Source of the DNA: Dehalococcoidia bacterium
GTDB taxonomy: Bacteria > Chloroflexota > Dehalococcoidia > DATCLE01
Length of the DNA stretch: 47,250 nucleotides
Assembly: GCA_036564075.1 (NCBI GenBank)
Contig: DATCLE010000165.1
Span: 1-47,250, forward strand
Direction of reading: 5' to 3'
Shown here one piece after another: positions 1-11,691 of the stretch (position 1 is its first letter; every line of letters begins with the position of its first letter). The position numbers and the translations under genes are program-made. The notes beneath the pieces are model-generated. The model worked only from the letters and a program-made list of their open reading frames with translations. It was not told the DNA's origin and did no database searches.

Positions 1-143
1 TGGGCGCCCATGTCGATGCGGGTGACGTCGGCGGGGTCGCCGCGGGCCATGGCGTGCGCCAGCTCCAGGGAGACGGGCGGATCGCCCCGGTAGACGGGGA
101 TCCTGGGGGAGACGGGGACGGAGACGTCATGGATGGTGGGCAT
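1..143 (-). CDS. putative cyclase / arylformamidase-family protein, N-terminal fragment (runs off left edge)
   Basis: Hand-translated minus-strand ORF with ATG at 143-141. The product MPTIHDVSVPVSPRIPVYRGDPPVSLELAHAMARGDPADVTRIDMGA resembles the N-terminus of putative cyclase (PF04199-like) proteins. It is too short for the ORF track. Confidence 0.45.
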   Translation of the reverse strand, partial: MPTIHDVSVPVSPRIPVYRGDPPVSLELAHAMARGDPADVTRIDMGA

Positions 144-214
144 GGCGTGGCTCCGGCGGGGCCTGCCTGCATGGGGTAACCCGGCGCGCGGGGGTGTCGA
201 TTGCGTGCCGCGCG

Positions 215-661
215 CTACAGCCGCAGCGGCTTCACCGGGGAGAGGACCGCCTGCGGATTCTCCCGCCAGATGGCCGGGTCCGCGTCCACAAAGACCTCCA
301 CCTCGTGCCCGTCCGGGTCCAGCACGTAGAGGCTCTGGCTCACCGTGTGGTCTGCCGTCCCCACCACCGGCACCCCCGCGTTCACCAGCTCCGCGTAGGC
401 GGCGCGCAGCTCCTCCAGGCTGTCCCCCACCTTCACGCCGATGTGGTACAGCCCCACCCGGGGCGGGGGCGGCGGCTCCGCTGCGTCCTCCCCTACCTCG
501 ATGAGCAGCAGCTCGTGGTGGGTGCGGCCGGCGGTGAAGGCGGCGGCCTTCCCCCACATCCGGCCGATCTCCTGGAAGCCCAGGAGGTCGCGGTAGAAGC
601 GCACGGAGCGCTCCAGGTTGCGGACGTAGAGCACCACGTGGCCCAGTTCCCGTGCGCGCAT
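215..661 (-). CDS. VOC-family protein (glyoxalase / bleomycin resistance / extradiol dioxygenase fold)
   Basis: 148-aa ORF with VLYVRNLERSVRFYRDLLGF, HIGVKV and DPDGHEVEVF motifs typical of the vicinal-oxygen-chelate fold. GGAGGA lies upstream of the ATG. Confidence 0.8.
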   Translation of the reverse strand: MRARELGHVVLYVRNLERSVRFYRDLLGFQEIGRMWGKAAAFTAGRTHHELLLIEVGEDAAEPPPPPRVGLYHIGVKVGDSLEELRAAYAELVNAGVPVVGTADHTVSQSLYVLDPDGHEVEVFVDADPAIWRENPQAVLSPVKPLRL

Positions 662-765
662 AGTTCCGTCCTCCGGTGACCGCCGGCGCCCGCCCCGTCC
701 GGGGCGCCGGCCCTCCTACTGTAGCGAACCGGGCGCCGGGGCGCCAGGGTGGCCGCCGGCGAAAT

Positions 766-786
766 CTTGACAAGAATCATATCAAG
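766..786. promoter_or_regulatory. HAIR-like inverted repeat (candidate HspR operator)
   Basis: CTTGAca-N7-taTCAAG (CTTGACAAGAATCATATCAAG). The Streptomyces HAIR consensus is CTTGAGT-N7-ACTCAAG, so the spacing is identical and 5+5 of 7+7 positions match. It lies in an AT-rich patch upstream of dnaJ, in an operon that encodes an HspR-like MerR protein. Confidence 0.6.
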
Positions 787-814
787 TTTCATTCTATACG
801 TGTCGTTAATCTTC

Positions 815-844
815 TTGACGAGATAAATCACAGTCGGCTATACT
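815..844 (+). promoter_or_regulatory. sigma-70-type promoter of the dnaJ-htrA-hspR-clpC operon
   Basis: TTGACG (815-820), 18-nt spacer, TATACT (839-844), about 20 nt upstream of the dnaJ ATG and its GAGGAGG RBS. Confidence 0.55.
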
Positions 845-864
845 GGCGGCTGAGGAGGCGGGCC

Positions 865-1866
865 ATGGCGAAGGACTACTACCAGATCCTCGGCGTCCCG
901 CGGAGCGCGTCGGAGAAGGAGATCCGCCAGGCGTACCGCCGGCTGGCGCGCCAGTACCACCCGGACGTCAACCCCGGCGACCGCGCCGCGGAGCAGAAGT
1001 TCAAGGAGATCAACGCCGCCTACGAGGTCCTCTCCGATCCGGAGAAGCGCCGCAAGTACGACAAGTACGGCGACAAGTGGCAGTACGCCGACCAGATCGA
1101 AGAGGCCCAGCGCCAGTCCGCCGGCCGCTGGTGGAACGCCAACCGCGGTGGCGGCGGCGGCTTCGACTTCGGCGACTTCCGCTTCGGCGACGACCTGGGC
1201 AGCATCTTCGAGAACATCTTCCGCGGCGGCCGCCGCACGGAGACGCGCCGCAAGGGCGCCGACATTGACCATCCCGTGGAGGTCTCCCTGGAGGAGGCCT
1301 ACACCGGCACCCAGCGCGTGCTCCAGATGCAGGGCGAAGAGATCTGCCGCACCTGCGGCGGCACCGGCATGGTGGCGGGCGCCGTCTGCCACGTCTGTGA
1401 GGGCGCCGGCGTCTCCCTGCGGCCCCGGCGCCTGGAGGTCAAGATCCCGCCCGGCGTCCGGGACGGCTCCCGGGTGCGCATTGCGGGCGAGGGCCGGCCC
1501 GGCCTGGCCGGCGGCCCGCGCGGTGACCTGTACCTGGTCATCTCCGTCCGCCCGCACCCGCGCTTCGAGCGCCGGGGTGACGACCTCTACACGGACGTGA
1601 CCGTGCCCCTGGTGGACGCGGTCCTGGGCGGCGAGGCCGAGGTCCAGACCCTGAAGGGCCGGGTGGTCATGAAGGTCCCGCCCCTCACCCAGAACGGGCA
1701 GGCCATCCGCCTGGCCGGGCTGGGCATGCCCCGGCTCAACGCCCCGGACCAGCGGGGTGACCTGTACGTCCGCGTGAAGGTGGCCCTGCCCAAGCACCTG
1801 ACGGACGAAGAGCGCCGGCTCTTCGAGCGGCTGCGGGAGTTGCAGCAGGCCGGCGCGCGGGCGTGA
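865..1866 (+). CDS. dnaJ: molecular chaperone DnaJ (J-domain protein with a half-size zinc-finger region)
   Basis: [11 protein letters not shown]...YHPDVNP J-domain with HPD, then a G/F-rich linker. Only two CxxCxGxG motifs are present ([16 protein letters not shown]) instead of four, followed by C-terminal DnaJ beta domains. Start set at the ATG at 865 preceded by GAGGAGG; the ORF-track extension to 676 covers the promoter. Confidence 0.9.
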   Translation: MAKDYYQILGVPRSASEKEIRQAYRRLARQYHPDVNPGDRAAEQKFKEINAAYEVLSDPEKRRKYDKYGDKWQYADQIEEAQRQSAGRWWNANRGGGGGFDFGDFRFGDDLGSIFENIFRGGRRTETRRKGADIDHPVEVSLEEAYTGTQRVLQMQGEEICRTCGGTGMVAGAVCHVCEGAGVSLRPRRLEVKIPPGVRDGSRVRIAGEGRPGLAGGPRGDLYLVISVRPHPRFERRGDDLYTDVTVPLVDAVLGGEAEVQTLKGRVVMKVPPLTQNGQAIRLAGLGMPRLNAPDQRGDLYVRVKVALPKHLTDEERRLFERLRELQQAGARA

Positions 1867-1905
1867 CCGGCGGACGGAACGGAACACAAGGACGAACGGC
1901 GAACC

Positions 1906-2895
1906 ATGAACCGGTATCAGCAAGACGCGGCGGCGCTGGACGCCTACTCTGAGGCGGTCACCTCCGCGGCGGAGCGCGTGGGCCCCGCCGTGGTGAAGGT
2001 GGAGATCGCCGGTGGGCGGTCCCCGCGCAACCCTTACCAGGAGCGGACGGGGATGGGCTCCGGCGTCATCATCGGCTCGGACGGCCGCATCCTCACCAAC
2101 GCCCACGTGGTGCAGGGCGCGCGGCGCGTCCAGGTGACCCTAGCGGACGGGCGCACGCTGCCCGCGGGCGTGGAGGGCGTGGACCCCTCCGTGGACCTGG
2201 CGGTCCTGCGCGTGGCCGGTGCCAATCTGCCCGTGGCGGAGCTCTCCGACCGGCCCCTCAAGGCAGGCCAGCTGGTGGTGGCCATCGGCAACCCCTTCGG
2301 GCTGGGCTGGACGGTCACCGCGGGCGTGGTGAGCGCCCTGGGCCGTCACCTACCGCTGCCCGGCAGCGCGGGCCTGACGGACCTGATCCAGACGGACGCC
2401 TCCATCAACCCGGGCAACTCCGGCGGCCCCCTGGTGGACTCCGGCGGCCGGGTGGTGGGCATCACCACGGCCATGCTGGCCTACGCCCAGGGGCTGGGCT
2501 TCGCGGTGCCTGTGAGCACCATCCTGGCCACCCTGGCGCGGTTCCAGCAGGAGCGTGAGGCGGCGGAGCGCGCCGCCCGCGGGCGGGTGCGGCTGGGCAT
2601 CGGCGGCATGCGGCAGCAGATCGAGGCCGCGGTGGTCCGGTCGGAGGGCCTGCCCGGCGAGTTCGGCGTGGTGGTGCTGGAGGTCCACCCCGGCAGCCCG
2701 GCGGAGCGGGCCAGCATCCATCCCCTGGACGTCATTGTGGAGGTGGACGGCCGGCCCGTGGAGCGTGTGGAGGAGGTGGTGAGCCTGGTCTCCCGCCACC
2801 GGCGGGGGGACCGGGTGCCCGTGACCTTCCTCCGCGGCGGCCGGAAGCGTCGGACCACGGTGGTCCTGGAGGAGCCGGCGCCGGCCGCGGGCTGA
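1906..2895 (+). CDS. htrA: HtrA/DegP-family trypsin-like serine protease with C-terminal PDZ domain
   Basis: 329 aa with a TNAHVV catalytic His region, DLAVL, and the GNSGGPL serine motif. The C-terminal PDZ-like segment includes GVVVLEVHPGSPAERA. Confidence 0.88.
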   Translation: MNRYQQDAAALDAYSEAVTSAAERVGPAVVKVEIAGGRSPRNPYQERTGMGSGVIIGSDGRILTNAHVVQGARRVQVTLADGRTLPAGVEGVDPSVDLAVLRVAGANLPVAELSDRPLKAGQLVVAIGNPFGLGWTVTAGVVSALGRHLPLPGSAGLTDLIQTDASINPGNSGGPLVDSGGRVVGITTAMLAYAQGLGFAVPVSTILATLARFQQEREAAERAARGRVRLGIGGMRQQIEAAVVRSEGLPGEFGVVVLEVHPGSPAERASIHPLDVIVEVDGRPVERVEEVVSLVSRHRRGDRVPVTFLRGGRKRRTTVVLEEPAPAAG

Positions 2896-2912
2896 GGCAC
2901 GAGGGTCGAACC

Positions 2913-3317
2913 ATGGCAGACAGGAAGACACGCACGCCCCGCGGGGCGGGGGACGAGATCCCGGAAGACCAGCCCTGCTACGTCATCAGCGTGGCGGCGG
3001 AGATGGTGGGCATGCACGCCCAGACCCTGCGCTACTACGAGCGCGTGGGGCTGGTCCGGCCCTCCCGGTCCCGGGGCAACATCCGGCTGTACTCCCAGGC
3101 GGACATCAACAAGCTGCGGCAGATCCAGCGGCTGATGAGTGACCTGGGGGTCAACCTGGCGGGGGTGGACGTCATCCTCCGCCTCACAGAGCGCATCCAG
3201 CGGATGGAAGAGGAGCTGGAGGAGCTGCGCCAGCAGCTCCAGCGCCAGCGCAACCGCTACCTGCCGGTGCCCCGCCGCAGCGACGAGCCCCGGCAGGAGC
3301 AGCAGCCCCCCTTCTGA
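2913..3317 (+). CDS. hspR: MerR-family heat-shock transcriptional repressor HspR
   Basis: 134 aa. YVISVAAEMVGMHAQTLRYYERVGLVRPSRSRGNIRLYSQADINKLRQIQRL is a MerR HTH of the HspR type, followed by a C-terminal coiled coil. It sits in a dnaJ-containing operon that has a HAIR-like operator. Confidence 0.85.
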   Translation: MADRKTRTPRGAGDEIPEDQPCYVISVAAEMVGMHAQTLRYYERVGLVRPSRSRGNIRLYSQADINKLRQIQRLMSDLGVNLAGVDVILRLTERIQRMEEELEELRQQLQRQRNRYLPVPRRSDEPRQEQQPPF

Positions 3318-3328
3318 GGTAAGGAACC

Positions 3329-5773
<2,445 letters not shown>

Positions 5774-5792
5774 CGGCGCCGGCTCCGCGTCG

Positions 5793-5823
5793 CAGAGGCT
5801 CCCGGGGCGTCCGGGGGCCTCTG
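5793..5823 (+). terminator. GC-rich stem-loop after clpC (candidate terminator, no clear U-tract)
   Basis: CAGAGGCtCCCGG-GGCGT-CCGGGgGCCTCTG begins 20 nt after the clpC stop. Confidence 0.45.
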
Positions 5824-5868
5824 GGCTTCCCGGGCCGGGTGTATCCTGGAGGGTGGGTGGACCCAACT

Positions 5869-5898
5869 TTGTGAAATATTGGACAAATATGGTATCCT
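5869..5898 (+). promoter_or_regulatory. candidate promoter of the histidine kinase / response regulator pair
   Basis: TTGTGA (5869-5874), 18-nt spacer, TGgTATCCT extended -10 (TATCCT at 5893-5898), in a local AT-rich patch. Confidence 0.4.
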
Positions 5899-5932
5899 GG
5901 TCCCGGGGGTTGAAGAGCGCGGCGGGTCGGTC

Positions 5933-7006
5933 ATGCGTCGGCTGGTGCAAGCGGTGGTAGCGCGGTTGCTGGGCTTTCCGCTCTTCTACAAGGTGCTGGT
6001 GGCCAACAGCGCCATTGTGGTGCTGGGCGCGGCGCTGGGCACCTGGCTCACCGCCCGCCTGGTCAGCGGCGACCAGGTCACCCAGGTGCAGCTCATTGCG
6101 GGCTTCGCCGTGGCCGGCACCGTCCTCAGCTTCCTGGTCAACTACGTGGCCCTGCGGGCCGCCTTCCGGCCGCTGGAGGCCCTGCGCCGCACCGCCGCCG
6201 CCGTGCGGGCGGGCAACCTCCAGGCGCGGGCGCCCCGGGTGCTGTTCACGGACCCGGACCAGGAGGACCTGCGGCAGACCTTCAACACCATGCTGGATGA
6301 GCTGGAGCGCCAGCGGGCCCAGCTCCGGTCCCTCTCCTCCCAGGTGATGTCCGCCCAGGAGGACGAGCGGCGGCGCATTGCCCGCGAGCTGCACGACGGC
6401 ACCGCCCAGGCCCTGACGTCCCTGCTCATCAACCTGCGCCTCCTGGCGGACGCCCCCGGCGCCGCGCCGCTCCAGGAGCAGGTGGGCGCCCTGCGGGAGA
6501 TGGTGGCGGCCACGCTGGAGGACGTGCGGCGGCTGGCCCGGGAGCTCCGCCCCGTCATGCTGGACGACCTGGGCCTGGCCGACGCCCTCTCCGGCTACGT
6601 GCAGGACCTCCGCCGCACCGTGGGACTGGACGTGCGGCTGATCAACCGCTGCACCGCGGAACGGCTGCCGCCCCAGGTGGAGCTGGTGCTGTTCCGCATT
6701 GCCCAGGAGGCGCTGGGGAACGTCCTCAAGCACGCGAAGGCCACGGAGGTGGTGGTGGAGCTGGCGTGCACCGCCGCGGAGGTGCGGCTGGAGGTGCGGG
6801 ACAACGGCCGCGGGTTTGAGGTGGCCCGCGCGCTGGCCTCCCGCCAGCGGGGGCTGGGCCTCTTCGGCATGCAGGAGCGGGCGGCGCTGGTGCAGGGCCG
6901 GCTGGACCTGGAGTCCCGCCCCGGCGGCGGGACGGTGGTGCGGGTGGTGGTGCCGCTGGGCACCGGGACGGCGATCTATGGCGAAGATACGCGTGTTGCT
7001 GGCTGA
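5933..7006 (+). CDS. sensor histidine kinase (HAMP + HisKA_3 + HATPase_c; NarL/LuxR-partner type)
   Basis: Two N-terminal TM segments and a HAMP-like region. QEDERRRIARELHDGTAQ is an H-box of the HisKA_3 type, and the C-terminal ATPase has DNGRGF and GLGLFGMQERA. Start placed at the ATG at 5933 because the ATG at 5879 lies inside the predicted promoter, so the start is uncertain. Confidence 0.85.
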   Translation: MRRLVQAVVARLLGFPLFYKVLVANSAIVVLGAALGTWLTARLVSGDQVTQVQLIAGFAVAGTVLSFLVNYVALRAAFRPLEALRRTAAAVRAGNLQARAPRVLFTDPDQEDLRQTFNTMLDELERQRAQLRSLSSQVMSAQEDERRRIARELHDGTAQALTSLLINLRLLADAPGAAPLQEQVGALREMVAATLEDVRRLARELRPVMLDDLGLADALSGYVQDLRRTVGLDVRLINRCTAERLPPQVELVLFRIAQEALGNVLKHAKATEVVVELACTAAEVRLEVRDNGRGFEVARALASRQRGLGLFGMQERAALVQGRLDLESRPGGGTVVRVVVPLGTGTAIYGEDTRVAG

Positions 7007-7643
7007 CGATCACGGCGTGCTGCGGGCGGGCCTCCGCGCCCTGCTCTCCCAGCAGCCGGACATGGAGGTGGTGGGCGAAGCCACCGACGGCACGGAGGCC
7101 GTGGAGCTGGCCGAGCGCCTCCGGCCGGACGTGGTGGTCATGGACATCACCATGCCCCGCACCGGCGGGCTGGAGGCCACCCGCCGCATCCGCGAGCGTG
7201 ACCTGCCCTCCCGCGTGCTGATCCTGACGGTGCACGCGGAGGAGCAGTACCTGCTCTCCGTCCTGCGGGCCGGCGCCTCCGGCTACGTGTTGAAGAGCGC
7301 CGCGGACCAGGACCTCATCGACGCCATCCGCACGGTCCACCGGGGCGAGGCGTTCCTCTACCCCGCCGCCGCCAAGGTGCTGCTGGAGGACTACCTCTCC
7401 CGCGTCCGCGAGGGCTCCGAGCGGGACCGCCTGGGCGGCCTGAGCGAGCGGGAGCGGGAGGTGCTCCAGCTCACGGCGGAGGGCTTCACCAGCCAGGAGA
7501 TCGCGGAGCGGCTGTACCTCAGCCCCAAGACGGTGGACACGTACCGGCAGCGGATCATGGAGAAGCTGAACCTGCACCATCGCTCCGAGCTCATCCGCTA
7601 CGCGCTCCGGCACGGCCTCCTCCAGCCGGACGGTACGGAGTGA
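6978..7643 (+). CDS. NarL/LuxR-family two-component response regulator
   Basis: MAKIRVLLADDHGVLRAGL receiver domain with the acceptor Asp in VVVMDITMP, and a C-terminal LuxR HTH (LSEREREVLQLTAEGFTSQEIAERLYLSPKTVDTYR). It overlaps the kinase 3' end by 29 nt. Confidence 0.9.
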   Translation: MAKIRVLLADDHGVLRAGLRALLSQQPDMEVVGEATDGTEAVELAERLRPDVVVMDITMPRTGGLEATRRIRERDLPSRVLILTVHAEEQYLLSVLRAGASGYVLKSAADQDLIDAIRTVHRGEAFLYPAAAKVLLEDYLSRVREGSERDRLGGLSEREREVLQLTAEGFTSQEIAERLYLSPKTVDTYRQRIMEKLNLHHRSELIRYALRHGLLQPDGTE

Positions 7644-7663
7644 CCCGGGCCTCCGGCGGCATG

Positions 7664-7695
7664 GCGAGGCCCCGGCCCTGTGGCCGGGGCCTCGC
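7664..7695. terminator. bidirectional stem-loop terminator between convergent genes
   Basis: Perfect 14-bp stem GCGAGGCCCCGGCC-ctgt-GGCCGGGGCCTCGC between the response-regulator stop (7643) and the DUF4383 gene stop (7722). Confidence 0.6.
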
Positions 7696-7721
7696 GCGTC
7701 TGCTGCGGGCGCTGCGGGACG

Positions 7722-8207
7722 CTACCGCTGGACCGGCCGCGGCGCGCCGCCCACCACCGGCGTGCGCCAGGCCCACGGCACCAGGCCGAAGAACAGCAGG
7801 AGGCCCGCCGTGACCAGGTGGAGCCAGTTGTCCGCCGCGTTCACCGGCAGGATGTCCAGGATCTCCTCGATCTCCGTGCCCGTGGCGCCCACCAAGGCGA
7901 AGCCCCAGATGGCCAGCAGGAGGAAGACCACCCCGAAGATCTGCGCGAAGAAGCGCGAGAGGTCGTTCCGCGCGGCCGCCAGGATGGCCAGCACCCCCGC
8001 CGCCAGGTGGACCACGTTGTGCACCGGATCGATGGCGAAGATGTCCAGCAGTTCCCCGGTGCCGTCGACGAAGCCGGTCTGGTCCGTCACCAGCGTGCCG
8101 ACGAACCCGAGGATCCCCACCAGCGTGTACACCAGCCCGAAGGCCAGGACGAAGATGCGCACCGGGGTCCACACGGTCTCGTACATGGCAGCGTTGCTCG
8201 CCCTCAT
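7722..8207 (-). CDS. DUF4383-like small integral membrane protein
   Basis: 162 aa starting at MRASNAAMYETVW, with four hydrophobic helices and repeated NxxH / NxLH motifs (DPVHNVVHLAAG, NWLHLVTAG). GAAGGAGGG RBS before the ATG at 8207; the longer track ORF to 8324 is rejected. Confidence 0.65.
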   Translation of the reverse strand: MRASNAAMYETVWTPVRIFVLAFGLVYTLVGILGFVGTLVTDQTGFVDGTGELLDIFAIDPVHNVVHLAAGVLAILAAARNDLSRFFAQIFGVVFLLLAIWGFALVGATGTEIEEILDILPVNAADNWLHLVTAGLLLFFGLVPWAWRTPVVGGAPRPVQR

Positions 8208-8419
8208 GGTCCCTCCTTCGCCTCCACTGGTACCGCCCCGCGGAGCGTGCCCGCAGGCCGCGGCGGGCCCGTCCTGCCGGCCTCCCGGTGCCACCATGGT
8301 ACGCCCGGCGCCGATCGCCGCCATACGCCGGATGGGGTAGGGCGCCGCGCCGCCCGCCCTTGACCGTTACGGCCACGCCGGTACGCTACAGGGGAATCAC
8401 ACGTCAGCGGAGTGGAGCC

Positions 8420-9022
8420 GTGCGGGCGTTCTGGCGTGCGCTGCCGGCGCTGGTCATCGTGGCGGCCTTCGTGACCGGCTGCGGCGGTGGCGGGGAGAAG
8501 GAGGGGACGGAGATGACGTCACAGGGGGCGCCGGAGACGGTCATCGACGTGAACAAGCAGTACTTCGCCACCATTGAGCTGGAGAAGGGGGGCAGCATCC
8601 GCATTGAGCTCTTCCCGCAGGACGCGCCCCAGACCGTCAACAACTTCGTCTACCTGGCCCGCCGCGGCTACTACGACGGCGTCACGTTCCACCGCGTCAT
8701 CCCCGGCTTCGTGGCCCAGGCGGGCGACCCCACGGGCACCGGGACGGGCGGCCCCGGCTGGACCATCCCGGACGAGGTGAACCAGCACAAGCACGGGGAG
8801 GGTGCCGTGGCCATGGCCAAGACGGCGCGCCCCAACTCCGCCGGCAGCCAGTTCTACATCACTTTGGCGCCCCAGCCCATGCTGGACGGGACGTACACCG
8901 TCTTCGGCCAGGTGGTGGAGGGGATGGACGTGGTGCGGTCCATCACGCCGCGGGACCCCCAGCGCAACCCCTCCGCGCCGGAGGGTGATCGCATCCGCAC
9001 CATCACCATCGAGGAGCGGTAG
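8420..9022 (+). CDS. cyclophilin-type peptidyl-prolyl cis-trans isomerase, lipoprotein
   Basis: GTG start with GGAGTGGAG upstream. The signal peptide ends in the lipobox FVTGC. Cyclophilin motifs present: FHRVIPGFVAQAGDP, GGPGW, GSQFYI. Confidence 0.85.
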   Translation: MRAFWRALPALVIVAAFVTGCGGGGEKEGTEMTSQGAPETVIDVNKQYFATIELEKGGSIRIELFPQDAPQTVNNFVYLARRGYYDGVTFHRVIPGFVAQAGDPTGTGTGGPGWTIPDEVNQHKHGEGAVAMAKTARPNSAGSQFYITLAPQPMLDGTYTVFGQVVEGMDVVRSITPRDPQRNPSAPEGDRIRTITIEER

Positions 9023-9060
9023 GGCAGCCCGCCCCCGGCTGTCCGGGGTATGATGGAGGC

Positions 9061-10005
9061 GTGAGCGGCCACGTCTACCACAGCCTCACCGCGCTGGTGG
9101 GGAACACCCCGCTGGTGGAGCTCCGGCACCTGGACGTGCCGGACGGTGTGCGGGTGTACGCCAAGCTGGAGGGGCAGAACCCCTCCGGCAGCGTGAAGGA
9201 CCGGGTGGTGGTGGGCCTGCTGGCGGCGGCGGCGCGGGAGGGCCGCCTGCGGCCCGGGATGCCGCTGGTGGAGGCCACCACCGGCAACACCGGCATCGCC
9301 CTGGCGCTGCTGGGCCGCCGCCTGGGGCACCCTGTCCACGTCTTCGTCCCCCGCAACGTCTTCCCCGCCATCCCGCGCCTGCTGCGCTCCTTCGGTGCGC
9401 AGATCACTTGGGTGGACCCCTCAGAGGGGATGCACGGCGCCATTGCCTGGGCCCGCGCATGGGCGGCGGAGCGGGACGGGCTCATGCTGGACCAGTTCGG
9501 GAACGAGGCGAACCCCCGCGCCCACTACGAGACCACGGCGGCCGAGATCCTGCGGGACCTGGGCCGGGTGGACGTCTTCGTGGCGGGACTGGGCACCGGC
9601 GGCACCATCATGGGCGTGGGCCGCCGGCTGAAGGAGGCCTCCCCCGGCGCCAAGGTGGTGGCGGTGGAGCCTCACCCCGGCAGCCAGGTCCAGGGCCTGC
9701 GGAGCCTGGAGGAGGGGTTCGTCCCGCCCATCCTGGACCTGGGGCTGTTGGACGGCAAGATCCTGGTCCGCAGCGCCAGCGCCTTCCGGGCGGCGCGGGA
9801 ACTCACCCGGCGGGAGGGCCTCTTCGGCGGCGTCTCCTCCGGGGCGGTGCTGCACGGCACGCTCCGCTGGTGCCGCCGGATGCGCCGGGGCACGGTGGTG
9901 GCGCTCTTCGCCGACGCCGGCTGGAAGTACCTGGAGACGGGCCTCTGGACGACGGAGGCCCCGGACGGGGACGAGGAAGCGCTGGACGATCTGTTCTGGT
10001 GGTGA
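9061..10005 (+). CDS. PLP-dependent cysteine synthase family protein (CysK/CysM-like)
   Basis: 314 aa with the GNTPLVEL...EGQNPSGSVKDR PLP-lysine motif, TTGNTGIALA, and a GTGGTIMG glycine loop. Confidence 0.85.
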   Translation: MSGHVYHSLTALVGNTPLVELRHLDVPDGVRVYAKLEGQNPSGSVKDRVVVGLLAAAAREGRLRPGMPLVEATTGNTGIALALLGRRLGHPVHVFVPRNVFPAIPRLLRSFGAQITWVDPSEGMHGAIAWARAWAAERDGLMLDQFGNEANPRAHYETTAAEILRDLGRVDVFVAGLGTGGTIMGVGRRLKEASPGAKVVAVEPHPGSQVQGLRSLEEGFVPPILDLGLLDGKILVRSASAFRAARELTRREGLFGGVSSGAVLHGTLRWCRRMRRGTVVALFADAGWKYLETGLWTTEAPDGDEEALDDLFWW

Positions 10006-10030
10006 CGCCCGCCGTGGGAGGTGAGTAGCC

Positions 10031-10213
10031 GTGAGGATGGTGCCCAGAGACACCCGCCGCCACCTGTGGGCCGCACTGCGGGAGCAGTTGCTGGCGGTGC
10101 GCAGCGCCGTGGACGCCGGCGCCCGCTGGTTCGACGAGCGGGCGCGCCGCGCCGGCGAAGGGGAGCGCCGCCGGGAAGAACCGCCGCGGCCGGAGGGTCC
10201 GCCGGGCGCGTGA
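10031..10213 (+). CDS. hypothetical small protein (60 aa)
   Basis: ORF directly after the cysteine synthase gene with GGGAGGTGAG upstream. The start could be GTG 10031 or ATG 10037. Arg/Glu-rich with no recognisable domain. Confidence 0.35.
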   Translation: MRMVPRDTRRHLWAALREQLLAVRSAVDAGARWFDERARRAGEGERRREEPPRPEGPPGA

Positions 10214-10245
10214 GCGGGCGGCCGCCGCCGCCTCCCCGGTGCCCC

Positions 10246-11691
10246 CTACCGGCGACCCCTGCCGGGGCCGCGCCCGTTGCCGGGGCCGCCGTCCGCGGCG
10301 CGGTCGGGCGCGGTGGCGTCCCGGTCCTTGGCCTGGCCCGGCGGGACCCACGCCGTGGGCTGGTCCGGCAGCGAGACGGCCGGCTGCCAGGGGCGCACGT
10401 CCGGCGGGTCCGGGGTCCGGGGCTGGAAGGCCGCCGTCAGGGTGCCCGGCGTGGCCGCCGCGGTGGCCGGTTCGTCGCGGCCTTCGCCTTCCCGGTCGCG
10501 CGCCTCGCCGGTGCGGACCGGCGGGCCGGCGGACCAGGCGGGCGGTCCCTCCCGGCCGTCCTGCCATGGTTGCGGGAGGGCCTTCACGCCGCCATCCCGG
10601 CCCTGCGTCGGGGCGGCCGGGGGAGCGGGCGTGTTGCCGGGCGCGGCCGCCTCGGCGTCCGCCTCCAGGATGGTGTAGGTGGCGTCGTCCATGCAGCCGG
10701 CCCGGCGGCAGACCTCCAGCTTCTGCCGGTAGGACGTGATGGCGTCCTTCGCGGCGGCCCGGTCGCCGGCGGCCAGCGCCGTCAGGAAGTGGCTCAGGTC
10801 GCTCCGGAGGTCCGTGGCCCAGTCGGCGGCGGGGCCGGGCGTCTCCGCCATGCGGCCCAGGATCTCCGCGCTGTTCATCACCGGCGCCGCCGGGGACCCG
10901 AACGCCGTATCTTCCGTCACGATCAGGGAGGCCGTCCGCAGCACGCCGCCCTGGGCGGTCATGGCGGCTTCCCGCAGGTACCGGCCGGCCCCCTCGTCCT
11001 CCACCTGGGAGCGCGCCGTGGCCAGCCGTCCCTCATGCCCCCGCAGCCGGTCCAGCACCGCCGCGGCCGTCCCCGCGTCCTGGGTGCCGCCGGCGCCCGC
11101 CAGGGCCACCGCCTGCGCCACCTCCCGCTGGTAGTCCGCCAGCAGGCCGGGGATGTACGCCGTGCGGCCGCGCTCCGCCAGCTCCACCATCTCTTCCAGG
11201 CGGCGTTCGGCCAGATCCAAGTGCGTGACGGGGTTGTTGGGGTCCACCAGGAGGTACTGCCCGCGCTCCACGGCGCGCTTCACACCGTAGAGGGGATCGC
11301 CGGGCAGGGAGCCCTGGGCCGCGTAGGCCGTGGCGCCCGCCAGCGCGCCGGCGCCCACCAGCAGCGCCGCCACGCCCCGGACCAGGACCAGGGCGGGTCT
11401 GCCGGGCACGGTGGGGCGCAGCAGGCGGGACCAGGCGGCCGGGCCGCGCGGCGGCTCCGGCGCCGTGGCGGCGTGCAGCTCCCGCATGAGCCGGTCATGG
11501 ATGCGCTGCCGGACGGGCTGGGGTGCCCGCGCCCAGAGGGGCGGCGGCTTGACCTCCGCCGCCACCTGGAGCAGGACCTCCAGCTCCGGGCCTGCCTCCG
11601 GGTGCTCCAGGCCGCACTGCTGAGCGGTCCGGCGGCGTGCCAGGACCTGGTTCAGGCAGTCGGCCAGGACATCGGCGCTGTGCTCCCTCAC
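10246..11691 (-). CDS. anti-sigma factor-like membrane protein (DUF5667-like extracytoplasmic domain, Pro/Gly-rich tail)
   Basis: 481 aa, translationally coupled to the ECF sigma gene by a 4-nt overlap. It has a short cytoplasmic N-terminus, one TM (ALVLVRGVAALLVGAGALAGA), then GDPLYGVKRAVER, typical of DUF5667. Confidence 0.7.
   Translation of the reverse strand: MREHSADVLADCLNQVLARRRTAQQCGLEHPEAGPELEVLLQVAAEVKPPPLWARAPQPVRQRIHDRLMRELHAATAPEPPRGPAAWSRLLRPTVPGRPALVLVRGVAALLVGAGALAGATAYAAQGSLPGDPLYGVKRAVERGQYLLVDPNNPVTHLDLAERRLEEMVELAERGRTAYIPGLLADYQREVAQAVALAGAGGTQDAGTAAAVLDRLRGHEGRLATARSQVEDEGAGRYLREAAMTAQGGVLRTASLIVTEDTAFGSPAAPVMNSAEILGRMAETPGPAADWATDLRSDLSHFLTALAAGDRAAAKDAITSYRQKLEVCRRAGCMDDATYTILEADAEAAAPGNTPAPPAAPTQGRDGGVKALPQPWQDGREGPPAWSAGPPVRTGEARDREGEGRDEPATAAATPGTLTAAFQPRTPDPPDVRPWQPAVSLPDQPTAWVPPGQAKDRDATAPDRAADGGPGNGRGPGRGRR

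Noticed and set aside
813-835. Second HAIR copy at CTTGACG-AGATAAA-TCACAGT
   Set aside because: Only the left arm resembles HAIR. The right arm matches the ACTCAAG consensus poorly. The TTGACG is better explained as the -35 of the operon promoter.
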